Notes: a model not told the origin generated them from the letters alone. DNA of 64,000 nucleotides from Clostridium sp. (GCA_015058375.1 SVCK01000150.1:2472-66471); one strand, 5' to 3'. Counted from the stretch's first letter, positions 30,904 to 40,661 are shown. Numbers and translations: made by a program.

Positions 30904-31920
30904 TTATTTTTCATCAAAAAACTCAAATATTGTATTAAAATATGGAATCATTACATCATTATAAGTATTATATAATTCATGCTTAACCCCTGAAACAAAT
31001 ATAAGTTTAGCACCTTCAACTCTTTTTACAAACCTTCTCATAGCATTTCCTTTTACTAAATAATCATCCTCTGCTTCAAAAATGAGAAGTTTAGCTTTTA
31101 TTCTTTTTATATTTTCTTTCTTTTGAATATTCTTAGTTCCTTCTAAAGCAGATTTAAGCCATTCAAAGCTTATTCCATAGGTATTTAATCTAGGATTCAT
31201 TAAAATCTTATTATAATAATAACTTGCTCTTACCTTTGATGTAGAACAAAACTTCTGATAATTTTCTATACTATCAAAAGTATAATGTGGAAATATTGAG
31301 CTACTATTTTTCCCAGTTAATATACCAATATCAATGATAAATTTTAAAAGTCCTTTAGGTACAAATGTATTCATTTCAATCATTGGTGCAGTAAGCACAA
31401 CTTTATCAAAATAATTAGGAAACTCCTCTATAAACCTTGCACCTATTCCTCCTCCCATAGAATGTCCATATAAATAGCATGTTCTATTACATTTATAAAC
31501 CACTTTTACCATAAAATCTTTAAGATCAATTATATACTTTTCAAATCCATCAATATAAATCACTGAAATATCCTTTATCTCTCTTTCAGAATTTCCATGA
31601 CCTCTATCATCCATAATAAAAACTGAATATCCTGCCTTAAAAAAGTAATAAATCACTTCTTCCATTTTAGCTGCACACTCGCCCATTCCATGGCAAATAA
31701 CAACAGCTTTATCTGCTTTTGGATTAATATACTTCTCATAATAAATTCTTAAATTATCCCTGGTATAAAAATACGATTTTTTAACATACTTCTCTAAAAA
31801 AGGTTTAACTTTATGTAACATTTCATATCTATAATTTTTTTCTGATACATAAAACTTATTACTTTTTTTAGACAACTCTAATTTTTGCACTTTTTTACTA
31901 GCCAATTTAAAACTTCTCAT
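30904..31920 (-). CDS. Alpha/beta hydrolase (lysophospholipase L2-like)
   Basis: CHG, DDRGHGNS, GHSMGG, HELY. Confidence 0.88.
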   Translation of the reverse strand: MRSFKLASKKVQKLELSKKSNKFYVSEKNYRYEMLHKVKPFLEKYVKKSYFYTRDNLRIYYEKYINPKADKAVVICHGMGECAAKMEEVIYYFFKAGYSVFIMDDRGHGNSEREIKDISVIYIDGFEKYIIDLKDFMVKVVYKCNRTCYLYGHSMGGGIGARFIEEFPNYFDKVVLTAPMIEMNTFVPKGLLKFIIDIGILTGKNSSSIFPHYTFDSIENYQKFCSTSKVRASYYYNKILMNPRLNTYGISFEWLKSALEGTKNIQKKENIKRIKAKLLIFEAEDDYLVKGNAMRRFVKRVEGAKLIFVSGVKHELYNTYNDVMIPYFNTIFEFFDEK

Positions 31921-32004
31921 ACTTCCTCCAAAATACAATTATAAAATAATATATGAGACAAATATTTATTTAATTAAAAAGACTATTTAGTAAAATGCAT
32001 ATTT

Positions 32005-33789
32005 TTATACTTCAACATACCACTTACTTTGAGCTTCATACATTTCTTTATATTTTCCATTTATACTTATAAGTTCTTCATGAGTCCCTTGTTGAATAAC
32101 TTTTCCTTTATCCATAACAATAATTTTGTCAGCAATCTTAACAGAACCAAGTCTATGAGTGACAAGTAACGATGTTTTATTTTTTGAAATTTCTTTAAAT
32201 CTTTTGTATATTTCAGTTTCTTCTAAAGGATCAATAGATGCTGTAGGTTCATCTAAAACTATCATATTTGATTTTTTATACACTCCTCTTGCAATTGAAA
32301 GTCTTTGCCATTGTCCTCCTGATAAATCAACACCATCAAATTCCTTGGAAAGCATAGTATCTAGGCTATACTCAAACTCTTTCTTACTTAGGTCTACTTT
32401 TTCCATAACACTTTCCATTTTATCTTCATCAATATTAAGTTCATCACTGATTGCTACATTTTCTGATACTGTCATTTTATATTTCTGAAACTTTTGAAAT
32501 ATAGCTGAAATGCCTTTACTAAAATAGCTATAATCAACGTCTTTTGTATTAATATCATCAATATAAACTTGCCCTTCTGTAGGTATATATATTCCTGTAA
32601 TAAGTTTTATCAAAGTACTTTTGCCTGCTCCATTTTCCCCTACTATTGCTACAGTTTGTCCCTTTTTTATTGATAATGATACATTTTTAATAGAATCTTC
32701 ATTACTTAAAGGATATCTAAAAGATACATTATCCATTACAATATCAGGTATTTCATTAATTAAGTCTTTCACTCCATTTCTTTCTGGAAGTCTTAAAAAT
32801 CTAATATAATTTTTTACTGTCCCTATACTTTGAACAATAGTACCTATATGAGTGCATATAACTTCATCCATCATTTCAAACATTGTATCAATAGAAGCAT
32901 GTACAGCTGCAAAAGCACCAACTGATATTGATTTATCTATCAAACAAAATACTAATAACATCAATATTGAAATATACCCTACCAAAGTAATTATTCTTGC
33001 TACTAATTCTATTAAAAACACCTTTTTCTCACTTTTCCATATTTCTTTATTCAATAATAAAAGCGATTCCTTATATAACTTTCTAAAATATTTAAAAGCT
33101 CCTAAAGTACGTGTTTCTTTAAAATATTCTCTAGAAATAATACAACTTTCATAATGTCCAAAAGTTCTTCTAATAGGTGCTGATGCATCTTCTAAATTAG
33201 AATATATCATCATTCTAAAATATTGAGACAATATTACAGGAACAAACACTAAAGGTATTGAAATTGATAAAATTGGTTTTAAGCTATATAAATATACTGC
33301 CATAAAAATGAAATATGGAACATAAGAAGTTAAAACCACGAAAAATACTAATACCAATTGAATTGAATACTCTAATCCAACTTTAGCTTTATTTATATCA
33401 TCCAAAAATTCTGGATTTTCAAAATCTATAGGATTAAGTCTTCCACTTTTTAAATTAAGTTTTTCACATACATTTCCTCTTATTCTTAATGGAAGATCAT
33501 TAGACATAAAATTAATAATTCCCTGAATTATTTGCTGACCAATTACTACCGCTCCTAAAACAATAAGCGATATAATAACATCCTTAATTGTGCTACTTAA
33601 GTTTATGTAAGAAATAACTGCATCAAAAAACTTCTGCATAACTACAGTATTAATTCCTATAAATAGCCCAGAAAACATTGAAACTAATAAAAATATAAGC
33701 GTATATATATAGTAATTTTTAAAAGCAGAAGGTATAAGTGCTCTAAGTATTGTTACAAATGATATCTTATTTTCATCTTTTAATTTCAT
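32005..33789 (-). CDS. ABC exporter half-transporter (TMD+NBD) 2
   Basis: GENGAGKST, LSGGQWQR, VLDEPT; ATG overlaps the upstream stop (TAATG). Confidence 0.93.
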   Translation of the reverse strand: MKLKDENKISFVTILRALIPSAFKNYYIYTLIFLLVSMFSGLFIGINTVVMQKFFDAVISYINLSSTIKDVIISLIVLGAVVIGQQIIQGIINFMSNDLPLRIRGNVCEKLNLKSGRLNPIDFENPEFLDDINKAKVGLEYSIQLVLVFFVVLTSYVPYFIFMAVYLYSLKPILSISIPLVFVPVILSQYFRMMIYSNLEDASAPIRRTFGHYESCIISREYFKETRTLGAFKYFRKLYKESLLLLNKEIWKSEKKVFLIELVARIITLVGYISILMLLVFCLIDKSISVGAFAAVHASIDTMFEMMDEVICTHIGTIVQSIGTVKNYIRFLRLPERNGVKDLINEIPDIVMDNVSFRYPLSNEDSIKNVSLSIKKGQTVAIVGENGAGKSTLIKLITGIYIPTEGQVYIDDINTKDVDYSYFSKGISAIFQKFQKYKMTVSENVAISDELNIDEDKMESVMEKVDLSKKEFEYSLDTMLSKEFDGVDLSGGQWQRLSIARGVYKKSNMIVLDEPTASIDPLEETEIYKRFKEISKNKTSLLVTHRLGSVKIADKIIVMDKGKVIQQGTHEELISINGKYKEMYEAQSKWYVEV

Positions 33790-35573
33790 TATACATACCA
33801 ACTCCTCTGGCTTTCATACATTTTACTGTATATGCCCTTATTTTTTATAAGTTCATCAAAGCTTCCCTCTTCAGCTATCTGCCCTTTATCTAAAACAAAT
33901 ATCTTATCTGCAAGTTTTGTAGAAGCAAGACGATGACTTATAAATATTACTGTTTTTCCTGTACTTATCCTTTCAAAATTATTATAAATTTCATTTTCAC
34001 TTATCGGATCTAAAGCTGCTGTAGGTTCATCTAAAATTCTCAAAGGTGCCTTACTTACAAAAGATCTTGCAATTGCAATTCTCTGCCACTGCCCTCCAGA
34101 CAAATCTATTCCATCTTCTTTTATTTTACCTAAATTTGAGTCTAATCCATTTTCAAGCTTTTCTACTTCATCTGTAAGTTCCATATAATCAACTGCATCC
34201 TTAACTTGATTTATATCATCAATATTATTAATATCACCTAAAGCTATATTCTCTTTTAAGCTCAAATTATATTTAGCAAAATCTTGATAAACTATTGAAG
34301 TAAGTGATTTTATTTCTTTAATGGTGTAATTTTTTAAATTTATATCATTAATTAAAATTTCACCTTCATAATCTTTATAAAGACCAGTAATAAGTTTTAT
34401 TATAGTAGTTTTTCCTGCTCCATTAGTTCCTACTAAAGCATAATGCTTTCCTTGTTCTATTTTGAATGAAATATTTTTAAGTATATAATTACTTGTTCTA
34501 GGATATTTAAATGATACATTTTTAAACTCTAAAGATTTCAATATTATTGGATTTTGTGAAGGTTGTTCTAGTGCATCATCTTCATTTTCTAATTTCAAAA
34601 AATCATCTAAATCAATCATGTATTCCATGTTTTTAGATAAAGCATCAGCATAAGATGGCAAACTCCATGAAAGCAAATTAATAAGACTAAATACTGAATT
34701 AGTTATAGATATAAACATACCCATAGTTATTAGCCCTTGTCTTAAAGGAAAAATTAAAATAACAACTATTATCATTGACAATATCGCTGTTATAACTGAA
34801 CCAGCTTTTGATTTTAAATACCATTCTAAATTAGCTTTAAAAACTACTTTTCTAGCAAGTTCATAAAAATGAGTCCACATTCTATTTACACTTTTAGAAT
34901 AATTAAATATACTTCTTTCCTCTACTGACTCTCTTCCATTTAAAACATTTTCAAGATAATCTACTCTTCTATAATATTTCTGAACTGTTTTTTCTGCTTC
35001 ATAAGTAGCTTGTCCACCTTTCAATGCTACTAGAAATAATGGTATAGAAATTACTAATATAATTACAGAACACCACCACACTTTAGTAAATAATAAACAT
35101 AAAAGTCCAAATACTTTAATGCCCATAGCAAACATATCTAATGTACTTGCATAAGCATCATTGCACTTAGTTTCAATTTGATTTAGAACTCTGCTTATAA
35201 GATCAAGAGTTTCCTGTTCTTCAATGTATATATATTTTAGAGATGCTGTTTTTTCAACCATTTTGCATCTAAAATTTTCTCTAAGCTTTGATTCAAGTTT
35301 AATTTGTGCAATTCTTGAAAGTTGTTCAGAAAGCCATCTATAAGCTGTTATAACTAAAATAAAAAGTATAGGCAATACTATACTTTTCATTTCAGATACT
35401 CCATTAAATATATTAATGGCTGTGTCAATGAACAAAGCTGTAATTATAACTTCAATGGTTGGAAGTATACCTGCTAAAAGCTTTTGAAACATTATCCATA
35501 AAGCTTCTAATGGGGCATATTTAAATGGAATTGTAAAAATTCTTTTTAAGCTTTTCATCTTTATCATTTTCAA
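33789..35573 (-). CDS. ABC exporter half-transporter (TMD+NBD) 1
   Basis: GTNGAGKTT, LSGGQWQR, ILDEPT. Confidence 0.93.
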   Translation of the reverse strand: MKMIKMKSLKRIFTIPFKYAPLEALWIMFQKLLAGILPTIEVIITALFIDTAINIFNGVSEMKSIVLPILFILVITAYRWLSEQLSRIAQIKLESKLRENFRCKMVEKTASLKYIYIEEQETLDLISRVLNQIETKCNDAYASTLDMFAMGIKVFGLLCLLFTKVWWCSVIILVISIPLFLVALKGGQATYEAEKTVQKYYRRVDYLENVLNGRESVEERSIFNYSKSVNRMWTHFYELARKVVFKANLEWYLKSKAGSVITAILSMIIVVILIFPLRQGLITMGMFISITNSVFSLINLLSWSLPSYADALSKNMEYMIDLDDFLKLENEDDALEQPSQNPIILKSLEFKNVSFKYPRTSNYILKNISFKIEQGKHYALVGTNGAGKTTIIKLITGLYKDYEGEILINDINLKNYTIKEIKSLTSIVYQDFAKYNLSLKENIALGDINNIDDINQVKDAVDYMELTDEVEKLENGLDSNLGKIKEDGIDLSGGQWQRIAIARSFVSKAPLRILDEPTAALDPISENEIYNNFERISTGKTVIFISHRLASTKLADKIFVLDKGQIAEEGSFDELIKNKGIYSKMYESQRSWYV

Positions 35574-35587
35574 TTTTTCATCACCTA

Positions 35588-36661
35588 TTATCTACATGTT
35601 AGAAGTGTATGCATTATGCTTGCACTCCTACATCTTGTTTTTTCATCATCATATAAATCATGCATTGCAGGACAAAAAGCAGGACAATGCTCATGCTTTT
35701 CACATTTTAAACATTTAGGATTACGGGTAAGTTGTTTAGTAATTACTTTCTTTAACTTTTCGCCTTCCCATATATCCTCAAAAGACTCAGTCAAAAGGTT
35801 TCCCATTTCTTTTCTTATCTTCATACATGGGAGTAAATTTCCTTGATTATCAACACAGAATTTACTTCTTCCTGCATCACATAACTTTTCACTACCATTA
35901 ACATAATTTCTTGTTTTTCCAAATTGTCTAATGTCCTCTAAATCTTCTTTAGTCAAACCATATTCCTTAACATCACTATATCCTGTAAAAGTAGGACCTA
36001 CATCAAGTTCATAAGAAATTAACATGCCAAGTTCTCTTTCCAAAGCATCATATTCATTATAAAGTTTAACATTTTCTCTAGTAATAACACTTGATATATA
36101 GAAATTCAAATCACTTTCCTTAAGCATCTTTGCTGCTTCTATTGTCTTTTTAAAACTTCCTTTTACCCTCGTTAATTTATCGCATACCTCTTCTGTTGGT
36201 GCCAATAAAGATAATCTTATAGTTTCAGTATGTCCTCTTTGCAATTCTTTAATTATTTCATCATTAAGCCAACTTCCATTAGTTATTAATCTAACTATAA
36301 ATCCTTTATCATTTATGTATCTTAATATTTCTAAAAAGTCTTTTCTTGCCATTGGTTCTCCACCAGTTATATCTAAAAATATAATACCTATTCTCTCTAA
36401 TTCATCTATTATCTTTTTCATTTCTTCTGTAGACAAATCTTTTCTATTTCTAAGACTTTTTGCGAAACAATAGTAACAATCAAAATTGCACTTTTCTGTT
36501 ATTTCAAATTCAATTTTGAAAGGTATTCTATTATCATTAAGTATCTTTATAACTTCATCTTGATCACTTATTACTTCATCATTTATTTCAAGAGCCATCC
36601 TACCAGTTTTATTACTTGCATATAAAGTTCCTATACTTGTTTTTCTTTCAATTAATCCCAC
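35588..36661 (-). CDS. Radical SAM/SPASM peptide maturase (357 aa)
   Basis: CNFDCYYC, TGGEP, TNG; SPASM C..G....PC and C-x2-C-x5-C-x3-C-x13-C; GTG start at 36661 behind an AGGGGG RBS. Confidence 0.92.
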   Translation of the reverse strand: MGLIERKTSIGTLYASNKTGRMALEINDEVISDQDEVIKILNDNRIPFKIEFEITEKCNFDCYYCFAKSLRNRKDLSTEEMKKIIDELERIGIIFLDITGGEPMARKDFLEILRYINDKGFIVRLITNGSWLNDEIIKELQRGHTETIRLSLLAPTEEVCDKLTRVKGSFKKTIEAAKMLKESDLNFYISSVITRENVKLYNEYDALERELGMLISYELDVGPTFTGYSDVKEYGLTKEDLEDIRQFGKTRNYVNGSEKLCDAGRSKFCVDNQGNLLPCMKIRKEMGNLLTESFEDIWEGEKLKKVITKQLTRNPKCLKCEKHEHCPAFCPAMHDLYDDEKTRCRSASIMHTLLTCR

Positions 36662-36680
36662 TTTTACACCCCCTAAAACT

Positions 36681-36725
36681 ATGAGAGGCTGTAACATAAA
36701 CATAAAGTTTATGCCACAGCTTCAT
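36681..36725 (-). promoter_or_regulatory. mRNA stem-loop between the precursor genes and the maturase
   Basis: Minus strand GCUGUGGCAUAAAC-UUUAU-GUUUAUGUUACAGC, a 14-bp stem with two G-U pairs that form only on the coding strand. Confidence 0.7.
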
Positions 36726-36763
36726 ATTTTCATAAAACCTCTTTTAATTTAAAGTAACGCCTC

Positions 36764-36913
36764 TTAATTATTTCCATGCCTATCGATAGGATCGTGCATT
36801 ACCATTCCTGAAGTTCTACCAATATTAATAGCTTTGTTTGTTGTTTTTACAACATTTTGCTCTTCTTTTAAAACATCTTCTTCTAACAAATTAAAAATTT
36901 CTTCTCTTTTCAT
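36764..36913 (-). CDS. Putative RiPP precursor B, 49 aa (not in ORF track)
   Basis: MKREEIFNLLEEDVLKEEQNVVKTTNKAINIGRTSGMVMHDPIDRHGNN; AAGGAGG RBS; paralogous to precursor A. Confidence 0.85.
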   Translation of the reverse strand: MKREEIFNLLEEDVLKEEQNVVKTTNKAINIGRTSGMVMHDPIDRHGNN

Positions 36914-36954
36914 TTTTTCATTCCTCCTTATTCTCTACCTAATAAATTCAGCAA

Positions 36955-37110
36955 TTACTGCATTCCAGATGTCCTTCCAATCTGAATTATTTTTCCTATA
37001 ATTTTACCTATGTTAATTGTTTTTCCCATTTTTCTTAAGCTTTTCCAAAATTCTTGTTCATCTTGTAATGTTTCTTCTTCTAACAAAGTTAGAATTTCTT
37101 CTTTTTTCAT
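36955..37110 (-). CDS. Putative RiPP precursor A, 51 aa (not in ORF track)
   Basis: MKKEEILTLLEEETLQDEQEFWKSLRKMGKTINIGKIIGKIIQIGRTSGMQ; GAGGGGAG RBS. Confidence 0.85.
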   Translation of the reverse strand: MKKEEILTLLEEETLQDEQEFWKSLRKMGKTINIGKIIGKIIQIGRTSGMQ

Positions 37111-37212
37111 ATTTCTTCACTCCCCTCATGTTTTTTAATAAATATATTAATATTTATTATCTAATTTCATCTTTCTTCCTTTTATCCAACTGTTAATTTC
37201 AATGTTTAGAAA

Positions 37213-38472
37213 TTATATTTCTTTTAATAATTTTTCTACATTACTACAATCAGCACACCCTAAAACTGCCATTGCAGCATCTTTTCCTTCAAATACCTCT
37301 TTTATAATTTCCTGCATTTTATCATAATTTAGTAATTCAATATTTTTTATATAATCATTAGCTAAAAAAATATTATCATTAGCTGCCGCTTTGCCAATTG
37401 ATATAAACATTTCTGTTGATTGTTCATATACAAGCAAAGTTTCAACTAATTTTTTTCGTTTAAGACTTTCAAATTTCTCTTTATCTATTCCAAAATCAAT
37501 AAGATTTTTTAACTCATTAATTATTACCTTTATAATTTCTTCTACAGATTCATTATTAGCAGAAAAAACCAAGCCTATATTTCCAGTATCATAGAATGCA
37601 TTTACATATCCATTTAATGAATATAATAATCCTTTTTCATCTCTAAGAATTCTTAAAAGTCTACCATCAGAACTAAGCAAATAATCACTTAGTAATTCTA
37701 AATAAAGTGACTTATAATTCGAAAACGAATACCCTTCAAAGCCAATTCCAACAGTACTCCTATTTCCTTTAAATCTATCATCTATCAATAAATGAGGCTG
37801 TAACTTAATCTTATATTCTTCTCTTTTTTTACATTTCCCTTTCCAAACACCAAAGTATGATTCAATTTTTTCTTTTACTTCATCAATTTCAAAGCCTCCA
37901 GAAATGACAATATAACTATTATCGGGAGTATAAAATTTTTCAATCACTTCATCAATCATATCTGTTGTAAATCTTTTTATATTTTCACAACTTCCAATCA
38001 CCGGATTTCCATAATACTTATCATTCCAAAGTGCTTGTCCAATTCTATCTGGCATTTGCCTTGTAGACATAAAATGCGTTTCAGCTTCCCTTAATACAAC
38101 CTCTTTTTCTTTTGTCAATTCCTCTTCAGAAATCTTATCTTTGTTTACAACCATAAGAGATAATGCTTTTATAAGCATTTCATAATCCTGGCTTAATCCT
38201 TCAACATAAAAATAAGTATTATCTTTAGAAGTAGATGCATTATAAAAAGCACCTTTTTTTAATATCTCATTTAAGCAATCATCTAAACTTAATGTAGATT
38301 CCTTACTTTTAGTTCTAAACATCATATGCTCTACTAAGTGAGATAAACCACTTGTATAATTGTCCTCATATTTAGCACCTTGCTTTATCCACACTCCACA
38401 TGAAATTACCTTTTTGTCTTTTACCTTGTTCAAATAAATTTTTAATCCATTACTTAATTGATAAATTTCCAT
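37213..38472 (-). CDS. M16B (pitrilysin-like) zinc peptidase
   Basis: Inverted zinc motif HLVEH, NAST, EKEVVLRE, LRDEKGLLYS. Confidence 0.92.
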   Translation of the reverse strand: MEIYQLSNGLKIYLNKVKDKKVISCGVWIKQGAKYEDNYTSGLSHLVEHMMFRTKSKESTLSLDDCLNEILKKGAFYNASTSKDNTYFYVEGLSQDYEMLIKALSLMVVNKDKISEEELTKEKEVVLREAETHFMSTRQMPDRIGQALWNDKYYGNPVIGSCENIKRFTTDMIDEVIEKFYTPDNSYIVISGGFEIDEVKEKIESYFGVWKGKCKKREEYKIKLQPHLLIDDRFKGNRSTVGIGFEGYSFSNYKSLYLELLSDYLLSSDGRLLRILRDEKGLLYSLNGYVNAFYDTGNIGLVFSANNESVEEIIKVIINELKNLIDFGIDKEKFESLKRKKLVETLLVYEQSTEMFISIGKAAANDNIFLANDYIKNIELLNYDKMQEIIKEVFEGKDAAMAVLGCADCSNVEKLLKEI

Positions 38473-38502
38473 ATAACATCAATCCCTTTATTGATTTCAT
38501 TT

Positions 38503-38531
38503 ATTATACTTTATTGTAATTATATTGTAAA
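38503..38531 (-). promoter_or_regulatory. sigma-A promoter of the RiPP cluster
   Basis: Minus strand TTTACA-17-TATAAT. Confidence 0.6.
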
Positions 38532-38753
38532 TATTTTTATCAAAAAAATATTATATTTTATCTTAAAGCAATATTTTGTTATATAAAAAAATAGTTAAAA
38601 ATTGAAGCATAAAAAAAAGATATGTGATATTAAAAAGATTAACTACTTTTTAATATCGCATATCTTAAAAAAATCACAAATTCAATTTTATAGCAAAGTG
38701 GCTAATGCCATGCTTTAAAAAACTTTTATACTTCGTAATCATTAAAGATAATT

Positions 38754-39341
38754 TTAATCTTCTATTACAGCCTCATCTTTAATACTATTATAGAAATTAG
38801 CTATTGTAACATTTTGATAAGGCACAATATAAATATAAGCTAAACCACAAGTTATGATTCCAAGCAAATACCATAAGATATATGAAAGAATTAAAACGAA
38901 AAATTCCCACTTGTGTCCTTCCATAATCCTTTTACTTTCATTCAATGCTTCAAGTGAATCCATATCCTCATTTTCTGCTAAAATATAAAATGACATTGAA
39001 TAACTTATAGCTTTTATAATACCTGGTACAATTAAAAGTAATGACCACAAGAAAACAAAAATACTTATAAAAATTTGTAATAAAATAGATCTTCCAAAAT
39101 CATTAAAACCTTCTAATAAAGTTTTAACTTCAACCTTTTGTCCTTTAGTTATTCCCAAATTAATTTTTGCAAAAGCTAATGTAATTGGTGCTAAAAAAAT
39201 GAAACTCAATATTCCACCAACTTTTGGAACAGCACCTAATGCACCACTTATAGCTAGCACAATAAGCGAACAAACAAAATACATTCCTATATTACCTTTA
39301 ATTTGTTCTTTGGCTAATTTCTTTAATTCTAATCTCTCCAT
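38754..39341 (-). CDS. DUF975-family membrane protein
   Basis: LKKLAKEQIKG, LWSLLLIVPGIIKAISYS, SKRIMEGHKWEFF. Confidence 0.85.
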   Translation of the reverse strand: MERLELKKLAKEQIKGNIGMYFVCSLIVLAISGALGAVPKVGGILSFIFLAPITLAFAKINLGITKGQKVEVKTLLEGFNDFGRSILLQIFISIFVFLWSLLLIVPGIIKAISYSMSFYILAENEDMDSLEALNESKRIMEGHKWEFFVLILSYILWYLLGIITCGLAYIYIVPYQNVTIANFYNSIKDEAVIED

Positions 39342-39443
39342 AAAATCTCCCATATAACAAATTATTATATTACTATAATTATATTCATAATTCTAATAAT
39401 TATTATAATTTCATATATTTTTTCAAACCATAAAAAGTAAAAC

Positions 39444-40661
39444 TTATATTAATGTCTTTGAAAATTCCATATTATCAAGTTCTTTTTCTTTTATATCGAA
39501 CAATAAATCACTTAAAAACGTCTTATGATGTTCTACAGCTTTTGAAAAAGATTGAATCATATTAATAATATTATCTACACTTTCAGTTTTATTATTCAAA
39601 AATCTTCCCACAATATAAAATCTTATAATAGAAAATCTAATTAATAACATTATATACCCATCAAAAGGTGAATCACTTTCTGAAAATGGAAATAAATTAT
39701 TAAACATAAAATTGGCTAAATAATTTTCAAAAATATAACTATATTTGTTAAAATACTTATGTTCATATTCTTCAAAAGCATCTACAAACATTTCTGAACT
39801 TTCTGTAATATCATCTATGCTTTCCAAATCAAAGCCATCATATAATTCTCTTGTAAATTTTTTAAAAGATTCACTATCAATTTCTTTAAATACATCTAAA
39901 TCAGTAAGAACTGCTTTAAAGAAAGATGCTTGCAAAATATAATTAATTTTATTCTTTTCGTAATCCTCTAAAACTTTGAAAACATCTAAATCTTTTAAAT
40001 ATCTATCAAGACTTCCCTTTTCTTCAAATTCTTCTTCTGCTCTTTCAAGAAAATATCCTAAAGCAAACATCCTTTTAGATAAATCATAATTTCTATCAAG
40101 AATTATTTTTAAGCTTATGTCTCTAAGTTCATTAAAATACTTTAATATATAACCTTTTACATCCTTTGATTTAGTATCTACTATTCCTGATACTATATGT
40201 TTACCTAATGCTTCTTCTTTCTCTTGAAATTTAATACCTTCTTCTTTAGATAAAAGAATTCTTGCTGCTTCTGGACATGCTACATCAAGCGACCTTTCAT
40301 AATGACCATCTACTAAATTTAATATTCTTGGATAACATGTGCATACATTTGATAATTGATCTTCTCCAAGATTCTTATATATTACGCATAAATTTTCATC
40401 ATCTAAAAAAGCACATCTCTTACCTTTTTTCAATTTAACTCTTCCATAATCCACATCTGGACTTGTGCAATATTCATTATTATGTATATTTTTTTGAAAC
40501 ATCTTTCTCATTTCAACATTGTCAGTTTTAAAATATTTCTTAAAACTAATTTTATCAATGTCTATGTCCCAACCTATACAACAACTATCTTCACACTTTC
40601 CTCCAATGCAAGAAAACTCATCTATATATGACGGCGTTATTAACTTAATCTTTTTACTCAT
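39444..40661 (-). CDS. fliB: Flagellin lysine-N-methylase family protein
   Basis: FSCIGGKCEDSCCIGWDI.ID, CAFL...LC, CTCYPR, CPEA. Confidence 0.85.
   Translation of the reverse strand: MSKKIKLITPSYIDEFSCIGGKCEDSCCIGWDIDIDKISFKKYFKTDNVEMRKMFQKNIHNNEYCTSPDVDYGRVKLKKGKRCAFLDDENLCVIYKNLGEDQLSNVCTCYPRILNLVDGHYERSLDVACPEAARILLSKEEGIKFQEKEEALGKHIVSGIVDTKSKDVKGYILKYFNELRDISLKIILDRNYDLSKRMFALGYFLERAEEEFEEKGSLDRYLKDLDVFKVLEDYEKNKINYILQASFFKAVLTDLDVFKEIDSESFKKFTRELYDGFDLESIDDITESSEMFVDAFEEYEHKYFNKYSYIFENYLANFMFNNLFPFSESDSPFDGYIMLLIRFSIIRFYIVGRFLNNKTESVDNIINMIQSFSKAVEHHKTFLSDLLFDIKEKELDNMEFSKTLI

Noticed and set aside
30904-31920. Alpha/beta hydrolase as part of the RiPP cluster
   Set aside because: Co-oriented and close, but it looks like a generic lysophospholipase and an AT-rich weak hairpin intervenes; membership needs synteny data.
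37147-37170. Mini-ORF MKLDNKY (minus strand) with an AGGAAG upstream, between the M16 gene and precursor A
   Set aside because: Only 7 codons with no similarity to the precursors; cannot be distinguished from chance.
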